Positions 28,663-37,860 of a stretch of DNA of 64,000 bases are shown here, in pieces. The stretch covers positions 158,557 through 222,556 of the forward strand of contig JAVJSI010000010.1 in the NCBI GenBank assembly GCA_040219515.1, in the 5' to 3' direction. Source of the stretch: Acidimicrobiales bacterium (GTDB lineage Bacteria > Actinomycetota > Acidimicrobiia > Acidimicrobiales > Aldehydirespiratoraceae). Made by a program: the position numbers and the translations under genes. Below the pieces are notes generated by a model. It had not been told where the DNA came from. It ran no database searches and was given only the letters and a program-made list of their open reading frames with translations. Each line of letters opens with the position of its first letter. Position 1 is the first letter of the stretch.

Positions 28663-29316
28663 GTGTCCATCATCCGGCTGCGTGCCGCAGTCGCCCTGAT
28701 CGGTCGCTTTCCTGCGCTGGCAGGCGTCGACCTCGAGGTCGGCGAGGGCGAAGTCGTGCTCGTCCAGGGGCCCAACGGCGCCGGCAAGTCCACCCTGCTG
28801 CGTCTCTGCGCGGGGCTGCTGCGTCTCGAATCCGGCGAGGGCACCGTGCTCGGCCACGACCTTGCGTCGGCCCGACCGGCGATCCGCCGTTCGGTCGGCC
28901 TGCTCGGCCACGACACCGCTCTCTACGACGACCTGACCGTGCGCGAGAACCTCGACTTCTGGGCCAAGGCGTCGCGGGTCGACCCGACTGCCGTGCGACC
29001 CGCCATGGATCGACTCGGCGTCGCCGAGCGACTCCACGATGTGGGTGTCGGTCTGCTCTCCGCCGGGCAGCGCCGCCGGGTCGCGCTCGCCGCCGTGGTG
29101 GTGCGGCGGCCGCAACTCTGGCTGCTCGACGAGCCGCACGCCGGTCTCGACCCGTCGGGTCGCGACCTGGTCGACGAGCTGGTGGCCGACGCCGCGTCGG
29201 CCGGCGCGACCGTGTTGCTCTCCTCGCACGAGGTGGATCGTACGCTCGATCTCGCGACTCGCCGGATCACCGTCGCCGGCGGCACGATCGCGGGGGATGT
29301 CACCTATGCTCGCTGA
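28663..29316 (+). CDS. ccmA: Heme exporter ATP-binding protein CcmA
   Basis: Walker A GPNGAGKST, signature LSAGQRRR and Walker B LWLLDEP. First gene of the ccm cluster. Confidence 0.85.
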   Translation: MSIIRLRAAVALIGRFPALAGVDLEVGEGEVVLVQGPNGAGKSTLLRLCAGLLRLESGEGTVLGHDLASARPAIRRSVGLLGHDTALYDDLTVRENLDFWAKASRVDPTAVRPAMDRLGVAERLHDVGVGLLSAGQRRRVALAAVVVRRPQLWLLDEPHAGLDPSGRDLVDELVADAASAGATVLLSSHEVDRTLDLATRRITVAGGTIAGDVTYAR

Positions 29317-29974
29317 CATCCGCCTGGTTGCGGCGAAGGATCTCCGGATCGAGTGGCGCTCACGCATCACGCTCTCACAGGTGCTGCCCTTCGCCCTGCT
29401 GGTTCTCGTGCTGTTCGGGTTCGCCCTCGACGCCAACCGGCCGGTGCTCGACGCGGCCACGAGCGGGCTCTACTGGATCACGGTGCTGTTCGTCGGACTG
29501 ATGTCGGTCCAGCGGGCCACGGCGATCGAGACCACCGACGGTGCCCGCCGGGCGCTGTTGCTGGCCGGCGTCGAACCGGCCGCCGTCTTTCTCGGCAAGG
29601 CGCTGGCCGTGGCCGTGCAGTTGCTGTTCGTGGAGGTCGTGCTCGTCGGCGGGGTGATCGTGCTGTTCGACGCCTCGGTGGAGTCGGTGCCGCTGTTGGC
29701 GGCCACCTGCGTGGTCGCGACGGTTGGGATCGCGGCGGCAGGTACGCTCCTGGGCGCACTGGTGGCCGGTGTTCGGGCGCGAGAGACGGTGTTGCCGATC
29801 CTCCTGCTCCCGGTGCTGGCGCCGGTGCTCATCGGTGCCACCCGGGCGTTTGACGACGCCCTCGGCACGGTCGCTGTGGATGGTTGGGCCTGGCTCGGCC
29901 TTCTCGCCGGGTTCGGCGCGATCAACATTGTCCTGGGAGCATTGGCCTACGGCGTGTTGCTCGAGGAGACCTGA
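29306..29974 (+). CDS. ccmB: Heme exporter membrane protein CcmB
   Basis: 222 aa with six hydrophobic helices. It overlaps ccmA by 11 nt, and its position between ccmA and ccmC is as expected. Confidence 0.8.
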   Translation: MLADIRLVAAKDLRIEWRSRITLSQVLPFALLVLVLFGFALDANRPVLDAATSGLYWITVLFVGLMSVQRATAIETTDGARRALLLAGVEPAAVFLGKALAVAVQLLFVEVVLVGGVIVLFDASVESVPLLAATCVVATVGIAAAGTLLGALVAGVRARETVLPILLLPVLAPVLIGATRAFDDALGTVAVDGWAWLGLLAGFGAINIVLGALAYGVLLEET

Positions 29975-29991
29975 GGGTCGAAGGAGACGAG

Positions 29992-30750
29992 ATGACACAG
30001 GAACTCCAACGCACCGGACCCCCGCACACGGGCAGTCGCACCACGCGCGTTCTCGGCATCGCGGTCATCGTCGGTCTTGCCGCCCTTTTCCTGCTCGGTT
30101 GGTTCGTGGCCCCCGAGGACGACGAACAGCAGGACGCCGTGCGCATGATCTTCGTCCACGTCCCGTCGGCCATTCTCACCTACGTCGCCTTTCTCACCAC
30201 CGCCGTCGGCTCGGTCATGTGGCTCCTGCGTCGCTCCGTCTGGTGGGACACCGTGGCCGGCGCGGCGGCGGAGATCGGCGTCCTCTTCTGCGGCCTCACG
30301 CTCTTCACCGGCTCGATCTGGGGCCGACCCACCTGGAACACCTACTGGGACTGGGGCGATGTGCGCCTCGTCACCACCCTGATCCTGTTCCTGATGATGA
30401 TCGGCTACCTGTCGGTGCGTTCGCTCGGTGGGCCCGAGACCGCCACGGCAACCCGCGCCGCGGTCGTCGGTGTGCTCGCTGCGGCACTCATGCCGATCAT
30501 CAACCGCTCGGTCGAATGGTGGGAGAACAACACGCTCCACCAGAAGTCGTCGCTCACCGACGGCAAGCTCGAGGACATGACGCTGTTCACCCTGGTGCTC
30601 GGTCTCGTCGTGTGGGGCCTGTTCTTCGCCTGGGCGGTGATCCACCGATTCCGGATCAGCTGGCTCGAACGCCAGCTCCGGGTGGCCGACCTCGACCGGG
30701 CGCTCGTCGAACGACGGGCCGAAGGCGAACAGATGGGAGCGGACGCATGA
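29992..30750 (+). CDS. ccmC: Heme-handling membrane protein CcmC
   Basis: Trp-rich WGxxWxWD-type motif (WGRPTWNTYWDWGD) and conserved His residues. AAGGAG lies 5 nt upstream of the ATG. Confidence 0.9.
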   Translation: MTQELQRTGPPHTGSRTTRVLGIAVIVGLAALFLLGWFVAPEDDEQQDAVRMIFVHVPSAILTYVAFLTTAVGSVMWLLRRSVWWDTVAGAAAEIGVLFCGLTLFTGSIWGRPTWNTYWDWGDVRLVTTLILFLMMIGYLSVRSLGGPETATATRAAVVGVLAAALMPIINRSVEWWENNTLHQKSSLTDGKLEDMTLFTLVLGLVVWGLFFAWAVIHRFRISWLERQLRVADLDRALVERRAEGEQMGADA

Positions 30751-30896
30751 CGCATCTCGGATATCTCCTCGTGGGTTGGGGCGTCACGATCGGTGTCGGC
30801 CTCGCCTACACCGTGAGCCTGCTGCAACGCGGTCGGCGGTTGTCGACCCGCGTGCCGGCCGATCGTCGCCGTTGGATGCAGGCCGACGAGACATGA
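30747..30896 (+). CDS. ccmD: CcmD-like small membrane protein
   Basis: 49 aa with one TM helix followed by a basic tail. ATGA overlaps at both ends. The call rests on position and topology only. Confidence 0.5.
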   Translation: MTHLGYLLVGWGVTIGVGLAYTVSLLQRGRRLSTRVPADRRRWMQADET

Positions 30897-31438
30897 CCGA
30901 CACTCTCGCCCCACAGGCGCCTCGCGCCGGTCGCAGCCGCCAGCGGCGCTGGATTCCCGCGCTCATCGGCATCGCCGTGGTCATCGCCGTGATCGTGCTG
31001 GTCTGGCGCCTGTTCACCGGGGCGCTCTTCTTCTACAACGCCGACGAAGCGGTGGCGGAGCGGGCCGAACTGGGCGATGACCGCTTCACCCTCCAGGGCA
31101 CGCCGGTCGGGTGCACCATCACCTCCGGCAACCAGGGGGAGGATGTCGTCACCGCGTTCACCGTCGCCTTCGATGGCGTGCTCGTCGATGTCGTTCATCG
31201 CGGTGAACCCGCGGAACTGTTCGAGGGCGGCACGCCGGTCGTTCTCGACGGCAGTTGGGTCGAGGGATCTCCCGGGGTCGACGGCTTCGCGGGGTTGGCC
31301 GCCGACGGTTGGTACTACTCGTCGGATCGCATGCGGGTGAAGCACGACGAGGACTACATCAACGACGAGGGCTATGACGAGCGCCTCGAGGAAAGCAACA
31401 TCCAGGGGGAAGCCGCGGCTGAGGTCTGCTCGGTATGA
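30893..31438 (+). CDS. ccmE: Heme chaperone CcmE
   Basis: N-terminal anchor, an OB-fold-like body and an HxxxY heme-binding motif (KHDEDY). ATGA overlaps on both sides. Confidence 0.8.
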   Translation: MTDTLAPQAPRAGRSRQRRWIPALIGIAVVIAVIVLVWRLFTGALFFYNADEAVAERAELGDDRFTLQGTPVGCTITSGNQGEDVVTAFTVAFDGVLVDVVHRGEPAELFEGGTPVVLDGSWVEGSPGVDGFAGLAADGWYYSSDRMRVKHDEDYINDEGYDERLEESNIQGEAAAEVCSV

Positions 31439-33441
31439 GCAGCGCCGCCTTCGGTGCGGTCGTCGTCGCGCTCGGCGCCGCTGCGTCGTTGACCGGCATC
31501 GGTGTCGTCACCCTCGGTCTGTTCGGTCGACGACCGAACTGGTGGCGTGAGGCCCGTGCGCTCGTCTGGGTGATGGCCGCGATGGCTGCGCTCGCCATCA
31601 TCTGGATGGAACGGGCGCTGATCAACCGTGACTTCACGATCGAGTTCGTTGCCAACCACGGCTCGCGTCAGACCTCGTCGATCTTCAACGTGGCCACCCT
31701 GTGGTCCGCGCTGGAGGGCTCGATCCTGCTCTGGACCTTCGTCCTCACCGGCTATGTCGCGGCCGTGGTCGTGAAGTTCCGCGACAAGCGGGACGACCCG
31801 ATGATGGCGTGGGTGCTGCTCACCCTGTTCGTGGTCTGCGCCTTCTTCTTCCTGCTGATGGTGGGGCCGTCGAACCCGTTCCGCTCCTTCGATCCGCCGC
31901 CGGGCTACGACGGCCCGGGCCCCAACCCGCTGCTCCAGAGCCACATACTGATGGCGTTCCATCCGCCGATCCTCTACCTCGGCTTCGTCGGCTTCACCGT
32001 GCCGTTCGCATTCGCGATCGGTGCCCTGGTCACCGGGCGGGTGGGGGAGGGGTGGCTGCTCGCCACCCGGCGCTGGACCGTCATCGCCTGGGGTTTCCTC
32101 ACCCTCGGCATCGTCCTCGGTGCGTGGTGGAGCTACGAGACGCTCGGTTGGGGTGGCTACTGGGCGTGGGACCCGGTCGAGAACGCGTCGTTCCTGCCGT
32201 GGCTCACCGGTACCGCCTTCATCCATTCGGTGATGGTGCAGGAGCGGCGTGGCATGTTGCGAGTGTGGAACCTGTCGCTGGTGGTCGCCACCTTCGCCCT
32301 CACGATCCTGGGCACCTTCCTCACCCGGTCCGGTGTGGTCGAGTCGGTCCACGCATTCTCGGAATCCTCCATCGGCCCGGCGTTGCTCGGCTTCTTCACG
32401 CTGATCGTGGTGGTCTCGCTCGGCCTCATCGCGTGGAGGGGCGATCAGTTGCGATCCCCGGGGCGGATCGATTCGCCGATCTCGCGTGAGGGCGCGTTCC
32501 TGGCCAACAACGTCCTGTTCGCCGCGTTCGCGTTCGTCGTTCTGCTGGGCACCGTCTTCCCGCTCGTCGTCGAAGCGGTCAACGACGATCGCATCTCGGT
32601 GGGCAACCCCTACTTCGACACCATGACGATGCCGATCGGGTTCACCCTGTTGTTCCTCATGGCCGTGGCCCCGGTGCTGCCCTGGCGCAAGGCGTCGTCG
32701 GGCGTGCTCGGCGACCGGCTCATCTGGCCGGCCTGGATCGGTGCCGGCGCAATGGTGCTGTCGGTGCTCGTCGGTGCTCGCGGGTGGGCGCCCACGCTCG
32801 CCTTCGGTCTCGGCGGATTCGCCGGGGGCGCGGCGCTGCGTCAGGTGGTACTGGCCACCCGGCGACAGGGTTGGCGCGGGCTCATCGGCCGCACCAACGG
32901 CGGCATGGTGGTCCACTTCGGTGTGGTGCTGATCGCCGTGGCGTTCGCGGCCAGCAACGCGTATGTCCGTCAGGACACCTTCCTGCTCGAACCCGGCCAG
33001 ACCGCCACGTTCGCCGGCCATGAACTGACGTACGAGGGCGACGACTTCCGGGAGTTCCCAAACCGCACCGAGCGGCGGGTGGCCATCCGCATCGACGGAG
33101 GGCAGGTGTACGAACCCGGCATCGCCAACTACCCGTTCGCGGGCCGCAACATCGGCATCGCGTCCGTGCGATCGACCCTGTTCGACGATGTTGCGCTCTC
33201 GGTCGACAGCTTCCCCGACGACAGCGACGCCGTCGTCATCCGGGTGACGGTGCAGCCGCTGATCGTGTGGTTGTGGATCGGCGGCCTCATCATGGCCGTC
33301 GGCACCCTGCTCGCCGTCGTGCCGGGCAAACGCCGCAATCCGACCATGCCGGTGAGCGCCCCGCTGCCCGACCCTCACGACGACCCTGACGACGACCCTG
33401 ACGACGACCCTGCCCAACGACCGCTCGAGGAGTTGGTGTGA
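31435..33441 (+). CDS. ccmF: Cytochrome c heme lyase subunit CcmF
   Basis: 668 aa and polytopic. Trp-rich motif WGGYWAWDPVENASF. Acidic DDPD-repeat C-terminus. Confidence 0.9.
   Translation: MSSAAFGAVVVALGAAASLTGIGVVTLGLFGRRPNWWREARALVWVMAAMAALAIIWMERALINRDFTIEFVANHGSRQTSSIFNVATLWSALEGSILLWTFVLTGYVAAVVVKFRDKRDDPMMAWVLLTLFVVCAFFFLLMVGPSNPFRSFDPPPGYDGPGPNPLLQSHILMAFHPPILYLGFVGFTVPFAFAIGALVTGRVGEGWLLATRRWTVIAWGFLTLGIVLGAWWSYETLGWGGYWAWDPVENASFLPWLTGTAFIHSVMVQERRGMLRVWNLSLVVATFALTILGTFLTRSGVVESVHAFSESSIGPALLGFFTLIVVVSLGLIAWRGDQLRSPGRIDSPISREGAFLANNVLFAAFAFVVLLGTVFPLVVEAVNDDRISVGNPYFDTMTMPIGFTLLFLMAVAPVLPWRKASSGVLGDRLIWPAWIGAGAMVLSVLVGARGWAPTLAFGLGGFAGGAALRQVVLATRRQGWRGLIGRTNGGMVVHFGVVLIAVAFAASNAYVRQDTFLLEPGQTATFAGHELTYEGDDFREFPNRTERRVAIRIDGGQVYEPGIANYPFAGRNIGIASVRSTLFDDVALSVDSFPDDSDAVVIRVTVQPLIVWLWIGGLIMAVGTLLAVVPGKRRNPTMPVSAPLPDPHDDPDDDPDDDPAQRPLEELV
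33370..33411. repeat. 12-nt tandem repeat (GACCCT[C/G]ACGAC) x3.5 encoding HDDP/DDDP repeats
   Basis: Read directly at the 3' end of ccmF. Confidence 0.8.
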
Positions 33442-34028
33442 GCGAGTCGACGACCCCCGAAGTCCCCCGCCGTGCGGTCTGGATCGTGGCCCCCGTTGCG
33501 CTGGTGATGGTGGTGTTCATCGCCCTGCTCGCCACCCGTGACTCGGGCGGTCCCGCGTTCGACAGTTTCGATCTCGAGGGCGAGGTGGCGCCGGCCATCG
33601 TGGGTACGACGATCGACGGCGACACGTTCGACCTCGACGATTACCGCGGCGGCTTCGTGATCGTGAACTTCTTCCAGACCACGTGCATCCCGTGCGTGCA
33701 GGAACATCCGGAACTCGTGTCGTTCCAGGAGGCCTACGGACCGTCGGGATTCGCCACCATCGTCTCGGTCGCCTTCGACGACCGTCCGGAGAACATCCGG
33801 GATTTCTTCACCGAGTACGGCGGTGACTGGCCGATCATCGCCACCGACACCGCATCGATCGCGGTGGACTACGGCGTGCCGCTGGTACCCGAGTCGGTGC
33901 TGATCGCCCCCGACGGTGAGGTCATCACCAAGCTCCTCGGTGGCATCCGGCGCGCCGAGCTCGAGGCGGTCATCCAGTCCTGGCAGGAAGAACAAACCGT
34001 CCTGGCCGAGCCGGAGGGCGACTCGTGA
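33438..34028 (+). CDS. ccmG: Thioredoxin-fold thiol:disulfide oxidoreductase CcmG/DsbE (TlpA/ResA-like)
   Basis: N-terminal anchor and CxxC motif (TTCIPCVQE). GTGA overlap with ccmF. Confidence 0.8.
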   Translation: MSESTTPEVPRRAVWIVAPVALVMVVFIALLATRDSGGPAFDSFDLEGEVAPAIVGTTIDGDTFDLDDYRGGFVIVNFFQTTCIPCVQEHPELVSFQEAYGPSGFATIVSVAFDDRPENIRDFFTEYGGDWPIIATDTASIAVDYGVPLVPESVLIAPDGEVITKLLGGIRRAELEAVIQSWQEEQTVLAEPEGDS

Positions 34029-34489
34029 CCCGCCGCCTCGCACTCTGGATCGCGATGGCCGTCGTCGCCACGTCGGCTCTTCTCTACGCCGCCATCGACG
34101 AGGGCGAGCCGCGCACCGACGCCGATCGGGCCTACGCGGTGTCGAAGACCATCGGTTGTCCCGTGTGCGACGGCCAGTCGGTGGCCGAGTCCAACGCCAC
34201 GGTGGCCAAGAACATCCGGATCTCGATCGCCACGTGGATCGACGAGGGCCGCAGCGACGAGTTCATCCGCGCCGAACTTCGCGCCGCCTTCGGCGACGAC
34301 GTCGACTACACGCCGTCGGCCGATGGCATCACGAGTCTCGTCTGGATCCTCCCGGTGGTGTTCGGGGCCGGTGCCCTGACCGGTCTGGCGATCGTCTTCC
34401 GCCGCTGGAAGCAGGAGGGCGATCTCGAGGCGAGCGAGGCCGACACCGCGCTGGTCGAGGCGGCCCGCGCCGCCTTGTCCGATGAATGA
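34025..34489 (+). CDS. ccmH: Cytochrome c maturation protein CcmH
   Basis: CPVCDGQSVAESNA matches the LRCxxCQxQS-type CcmH motif. It has a C-terminal TM helix. GTGA overlap upstream. Confidence 0.8.
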   Translation: MTRRLALWIAMAVVATSALLYAAIDEGEPRTDADRAYAVSKTIGCPVCDGQSVAESNATVAKNIRISIATWIDEGRSDEFIRAELRAAFGDDVDYTPSADGITSLVWILPVVFGAGALTGLAIVFRRWKQEGDLEASEADTALVEAARAALSDE

Positions 34490-35613
34490 GTTGTCCGATG
34501 GCTGACCCCGCCGACTCGCACGCCGAGGAGCTGAGCTTCGTCCTGGCCTCTCTGGACGATCTCGAGGCCGAGCGTGCGGCCGGCGATCTCGACGATCACG
34601 ACTACGCGGCGCTCAAGTCGGACTACACGACCCGCGCGGCCCGGTTGCTGCGAGCCGCCGAGGACAGTCGCCCGTCCGAGCCCGCGGCCGCGAGATCGTG
34701 GCGGCGAGTCGCGATGTGGACGGCGCTGGTGGTGATCGTGGCCGGACTGGCCGGCGTGCTGCTGGCCGACTACACGGGCAGCCGAGGCGACGGCACGGTC
34801 ACCGGCGACATCCGCGAGACGGTACGCCAGCGCAAGTTCGAGGCCGGCCAGCTGCTTGGCACCGACCCCGAACGGGCGCTCGAGATCTACGACGGCGTCC
34901 TCGAGGACGCCCCCTCCGATGCCGAGGCCCTGGCCTACCGCGGCTGGCTCACCCGGCTGGGTGGCGACCCGGAGGCGGCGCAGCCGTTCGTCGAGGATGC
35001 CATCCTGGCCGACCCCGATTACCCCGATGCCCGGGTGTTCGGCGCGGCGATCGCACTCGACCTCGACGACATCGAGGCTGCGGAAGCCCACATCGACGCA
35101 CTCGACGAGATCGATGTGCCACCGTTCATCGATCAGCTCGTACGCGGCCAGCTCCTGCGGGCGCGGCTCGTCGAGGTTCGTCTGCTGACCGGCGAGCCCG
35201 ATGCGTTCGCCGCGTCGGGTCTCAGGGTGGCCGAGGTCGCCCGCGCCGCCGACGATCTTCTCGACGCCGGCGAGGTCACGCGGGGACTGGCTTTGCACGA
35301 TGTGCTCATCAACGAGGCCCGAGACGACATCGACGTGCTCACCGAGGTCGGCTGGTTCCTGGCCCGCCTGGCGCTGGGCGGTGGCGACGAGGTCGCGTCC
35401 TCCCTGGACGCGGCGGACGACCTGTTGACCGAGGCGCTGGAAACCGATCCGGCTCACCCGCCCGCCCTCGTGTATCGCGCATTCGTGCGCTTCTGGTTGG
35501 CCGACGATGCGGGCGCCCGAGCCGACCTCGCGGCCTTCGACGCGGTCGATGCCGGCCGCGATGATCTCGAACTCCTGCTGACCGAGACCGGGTTGCGCGA
35601 CGAGTTGTCCTGA
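34486..35613 (+). CDS. ccmI: CcmI-like TPR protein
   Basis: A TM helix is followed by an Ala/Asp/Leu-rich helical repeat region. ATGA overlap with ccmH. Function is inferred from position and architecture. Confidence 0.5.
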   Translation: MSCPMADPADSHAEELSFVLASLDDLEAERAAGDLDDHDYAALKSDYTTRAARLLRAAEDSRPSEPAAARSWRRVAMWTALVVIVAGLAGVLLADYTGSRGDGTVTGDIRETVRQRKFEAGQLLGTDPERALEIYDGVLEDAPSDAEALAYRGWLTRLGGDPEAAQPFVEDAILADPDYPDARVFGAAIALDLDDIEAAEAHIDALDEIDVPPFIDQLVRGQLLRARLVEVRLLTGEPDAFAASGLRVAEVARAADDLLDAGEVTRGLALHDVLINEARDDIDVLTEVGWFLARLALGGGDEVASSLDAADDLLTEALETDPAHPPALVYRAFVRFWLADDAGARADLAAFDAVDAGRDDLELLLTETGLRDELS

Positions 35614-35637
35614 GCCCGGCGCTCGGTGATCGCTGGT

Positions 35638-35649
35638 TACTCGCGAGTA
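35638..35649. promoter_or_regulatory. Perfect 12-bp palindrome TACTCGCGAGTA in the ccmI-monooxygenase spacer
   Basis: Read directly. It lies about 30-50 nt upstream of the candidate start codons at 35681 and 35702. Confidence 0.25.
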
Positions 35650-35680
35650 GGAATCTGGCGTTTGATGTGCCAACCGGCAC

Positions 35681-37858
35681 ATGGTTCGCAATACTGACGT
35701 CATGGCACGCCTGCGCAAGCTCGATCTCGGCCGTCTCTCCATCCTGGCGGTGATACTTCTGGGCACGGTGGCCATGGTGACCAAGGACCAGTGGGACTGG
35801 GTCTTCGCGAGCGACGAGGCCGAGGAGCAGGGAGTGTCCGCCGAGACCATCGACGACGTCGACGACGCCACCGAACGGCTCTATCGCGTGGCGCCGAACA
35901 ACGGTTCGCAGGTGAGCTACGCCGTCGAGGAACGGCTGGCGGGGAGTGAAGGCCAGGCCGTGGGCGTCACCACCGTGGTGGCCGGCGACATCGTCATCAA
36001 CACCGAGGACCCGACCCAGAGCCGGATCGGCGAGGTCGTGGTCAATGTCGAGATGTTCGACTCCGACTCCAACCTGCGCGACAAGCGGCTGCGCCACGAC
36101 TTCCTCGAGTCCAACCACTTCCCGTTCGCCCGGTTCGAGACCACGTCGATCGACGGGCTCGACGCCGAGTTCGCCGACGGCTCCACGTACGACATCGCCC
36201 TCACCGGCGACCTCACCGTCAAGGAGACGACGAGCGAGGAGACCTTCAGCGGTACGGTCACCGTCGACGGCGACCAGCTCACCGCCGACGTGTCGGCCGT
36301 CGTGCTCAGCTCCACCTACGGGGTCGGTCCGATCAACGTCGCCCGCCTCGCCCACACTGCCGACGAGGTCACGCTCTCGTTCTCGCTGGTCGCCGACCGG
36401 GTCGAGCTCGGCACCGACGCCGATCCGGATCTCGACACCGACGTGCCCGAGTTCGCGGTGGCCGGTGGCGCGTTCGCCGCCGAAGTCCAGCCGATCCTCG
36501 AACAGAACTGCGTGTCGTGCCACACCACGGGCGGGCCGGGATGGGAGACCCTCGCCTTCGACACCGCCGCCGATGCCGCCGAGATCGCCGACGACATCGC
36601 ACTCGTCACCGAGATTCGATTCATGCCCCCGTGGCTGCCGGGCGGCGACAGCCCCGAGTTCGAACACTCCTGGGAGCTGACCGACGACGAGATCGCCACG
36701 CTCCGCACCTGGGCCGACGACGGTGGCGGACTCGACGTCCCCCCGGACACGCCACTGGTGGCCGGCGATCCGGCGATCATCCCGATCGAGGAGGACCAGA
36801 TCATCGATCCTCGTGACGGCAAGTATCCGCCACTGCTCGACGATGCGGGCGAACCGGTGCTCAAGGACGACTATCGCTGCCAGGTCCACGAGGTCGCCGA
36901 TCCCGAGGGCGACGGCACCTGGATCAAGGGCTATGAGTTCCGTCCCGACGTCACGACGGTCGTGCATCACTCCATCATCTACCTGGCGCCGCCCGAAGCC
37001 CTCGACGAGATCGCCGTGAAGTCAGCCGAGGACGACCGCCCCGGCTGGACCTGTTTCGGCACCTCGAACCTGCGCACCGATGGTGTGCGCAACATGGGTG
37101 GGTGGGCGCCCGGTCAGGCCCCCACCACGTACCCCGACGGTTACGGGCTCTTCATCCCGCCCGGCTACGTCGTGATCAACCAGACCCACTACCACTTCGA
37201 CCACGCGGCCGAGGCCGACGGATCGCAGATCATCCTCGACGAGGCGACCGACCAGCAGATGGTGGGCATCACCTCCGTCGCCGGATCGAGCTACCTCACC
37301 CCGGCAGAAGTGCCGTGCACACCGGAGGAAGAGGCGATCGCGGCCGAACGTGAGGCGACGATCGATGGCTACCGCAACCTGTGCATCCGCGAGAACGTGC
37401 TCGAGGAGATCGGCGAGAAGTACGACGTCTTCGCCACGTTCATCCCCAACGCCCTGATTCTCGGTTGTGGCGGCACCGTCGACGACTACGACGACCTCGA
37501 TGGCTCGATCGGCCACAGCTCCTGCGACATGCAGGCCCGCAACCCGGGCACGATCTACACCGTGCTCGGTCACATGCACGAGTTCGGCGACGCCTACAAG
37601 ATGACGCTCAACCCCGACACGCCCGAGGAGATGGTGCTGCTCGACATCCCGAACTGGGACTTCGAATGGCAGCTCAACTACGACCTGGTCGAGGACGTCC
37701 GCATCGACCGCTCCGACGTGATCCGCTTCGAGTGCTGGTGGGATCGCACCCGCATGTACATGCCCGAACCCCGCTACATCACCTGGAACGAGGGCACCGT
37801 CGACGAGATGTGCTTCTCGTCCGTCTCCGTCCTCCCCGACAAACCCGACGCCGAGTAA
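35681..37858 (+). CDS. Membrane-anchored fusion protein: YceI-like domain, mono-heme cytochrome c domain (CxxCH), and a PHM/DBH-like type II copper monooxygenase
   Basis: TM helix LSILAVILLGTVAMV. YceI block …DSNLRDKRLRHDFLESNHFPFARFETTS…. PSCyt-like heme c block …VQPILEQNCVSCH…IRFMPPW…. Cu sites VHHSIIY and THYHF (CuH-like) plus GHMHEFG and VDEMCF (CuM-like). An alternative ATG lies at 35702. Confidence 0.75.
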   Translation: MVRNTDVMARLRKLDLGRLSILAVILLGTVAMVTKDQWDWVFASDEAEEQGVSAETIDDVDDATERLYRVAPNNGSQVSYAVEERLAGSEGQAVGVTTVVAGDIVINTEDPTQSRIGEVVVNVEMFDSDSNLRDKRLRHDFLESNHFPFARFETTSIDGLDAEFADGSTYDIALTGDLTVKETTSEETFSGTVTVDGDQLTADVSAVVLSSTYGVGPINVARLAHTADEVTLSFSLVADRVELGTDADPDLDTDVPEFAVAGGAFAAEVQPILEQNCVSCHTTGGPGWETLAFDTAADAAEIADDIALVTEIRFMPPWLPGGDSPEFEHSWELTDDEIATLRTWADDGGGLDVPPDTPLVAGDPAIIPIEEDQIIDPRDGKYPPLLDDAGEPVLKDDYRCQVHEVADPEGDGTWIKGYEFRPDVTTVVHHSIIYLAPPEALDEIAVKSAEDDRPGWTCFGTSNLRTDGVRNMGGWAPGQAPTTYPDGYGLFIPPGYVVINQTHYHFDHAAEADGSQIILDEATDQQMVGITSVAGSSYLTPAEVPCTPEEEAIAAEREATIDGYRNLCIRENVLEEIGEKYDVFATFIPNALILGCGGTVDDYDDLDGSIGHSSCDMQARNPGTIYTVLGHMHEFGDAYKMTLNPDTPEEMVLLDIPNWDFEWQLNYDLVEDVRIDRSDVIRFECWWDRTRMYMPEPRYITWNEGTVDEMCFSSVSVLPDKPDAE

Positions 37859-37860
37859 CC

